IMG/VR virus record: IMGVR_UViG_2579778941_000001
Length of the DNA: 64,000 bases
Strand: one strand, 5' to 3'
Origin: a virus
Lineage: Duplodnaviria > Heunggongvirae > Uroviricota > Caudoviricetes
The notes beneath the pieces are model-generated. The model searched no databases, was not told where the DNA came from, and saw nothing but the letters and a program-made list of their open reading frames with translations. Shown here piece by piece: positions 63,933-64,000 of this stretch. Numbering within the stretch: the first letter of the stretch is position 1; each line of letters opens with the position of its first letter. Both the position numbers and the translations under genes were made by a program.

Positions 63933-64000
63933 ACAAAAGAGCGGGTTTGTATTCCGCATCCAATCAATCAAGAAGGAGTATAGCACACAGGTACTGAAGT

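Overview
The window reads as a near-contiguous stretch of a phage P1-like plasmid-prophage, running from the start of the tail-fibre gene S to just past cre. Identification rests on recognisable sequences: loxP (exact 34-bp site) next to cre, c1/coi, pacA/pacB with the GATC-hexamer pac site, phd/doc, humD with a LexA box, hot, ban (DnaB-like helicase), three tRNAs (Asn-GUU, Thr-UGU, Ile/Met-CAU), hrdC, a fused C5/N6A methyltransferase (dmt), repA flanked by iteron arrays, parA/parB/parS, repL, kilA, ant/icd with a c4-type antisense circuit, a Sit-like transglycosylase tape-measure protein, and many copies of the 17-bp C1 operator ATTGCTCTAATAAATTT. Gene names are recalled from memory of P1 and were not checked against any database. 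Most of the window is canonical for this phage family. The best candidate for something undescribed is a ~1.6 kb ORF-free block around tRNA-Asn/Thr (about 30.9-32.45 kb) carrying at least five hairpin elements with conserved long stems and tRNA T-arm-like inner hairpins. Secondary observations are a Hok/Mok type I toxin that the 60-aa ORF filter misses, a motif shared between the Sit C-terminus and a secreted Sim-like protein, an in-frame 297-bp tandem duplication in sit, tandem small basic ORFs before an MmcB-like nuclease, and strongly initiated mini-ORFs for hydrophobic peptides.
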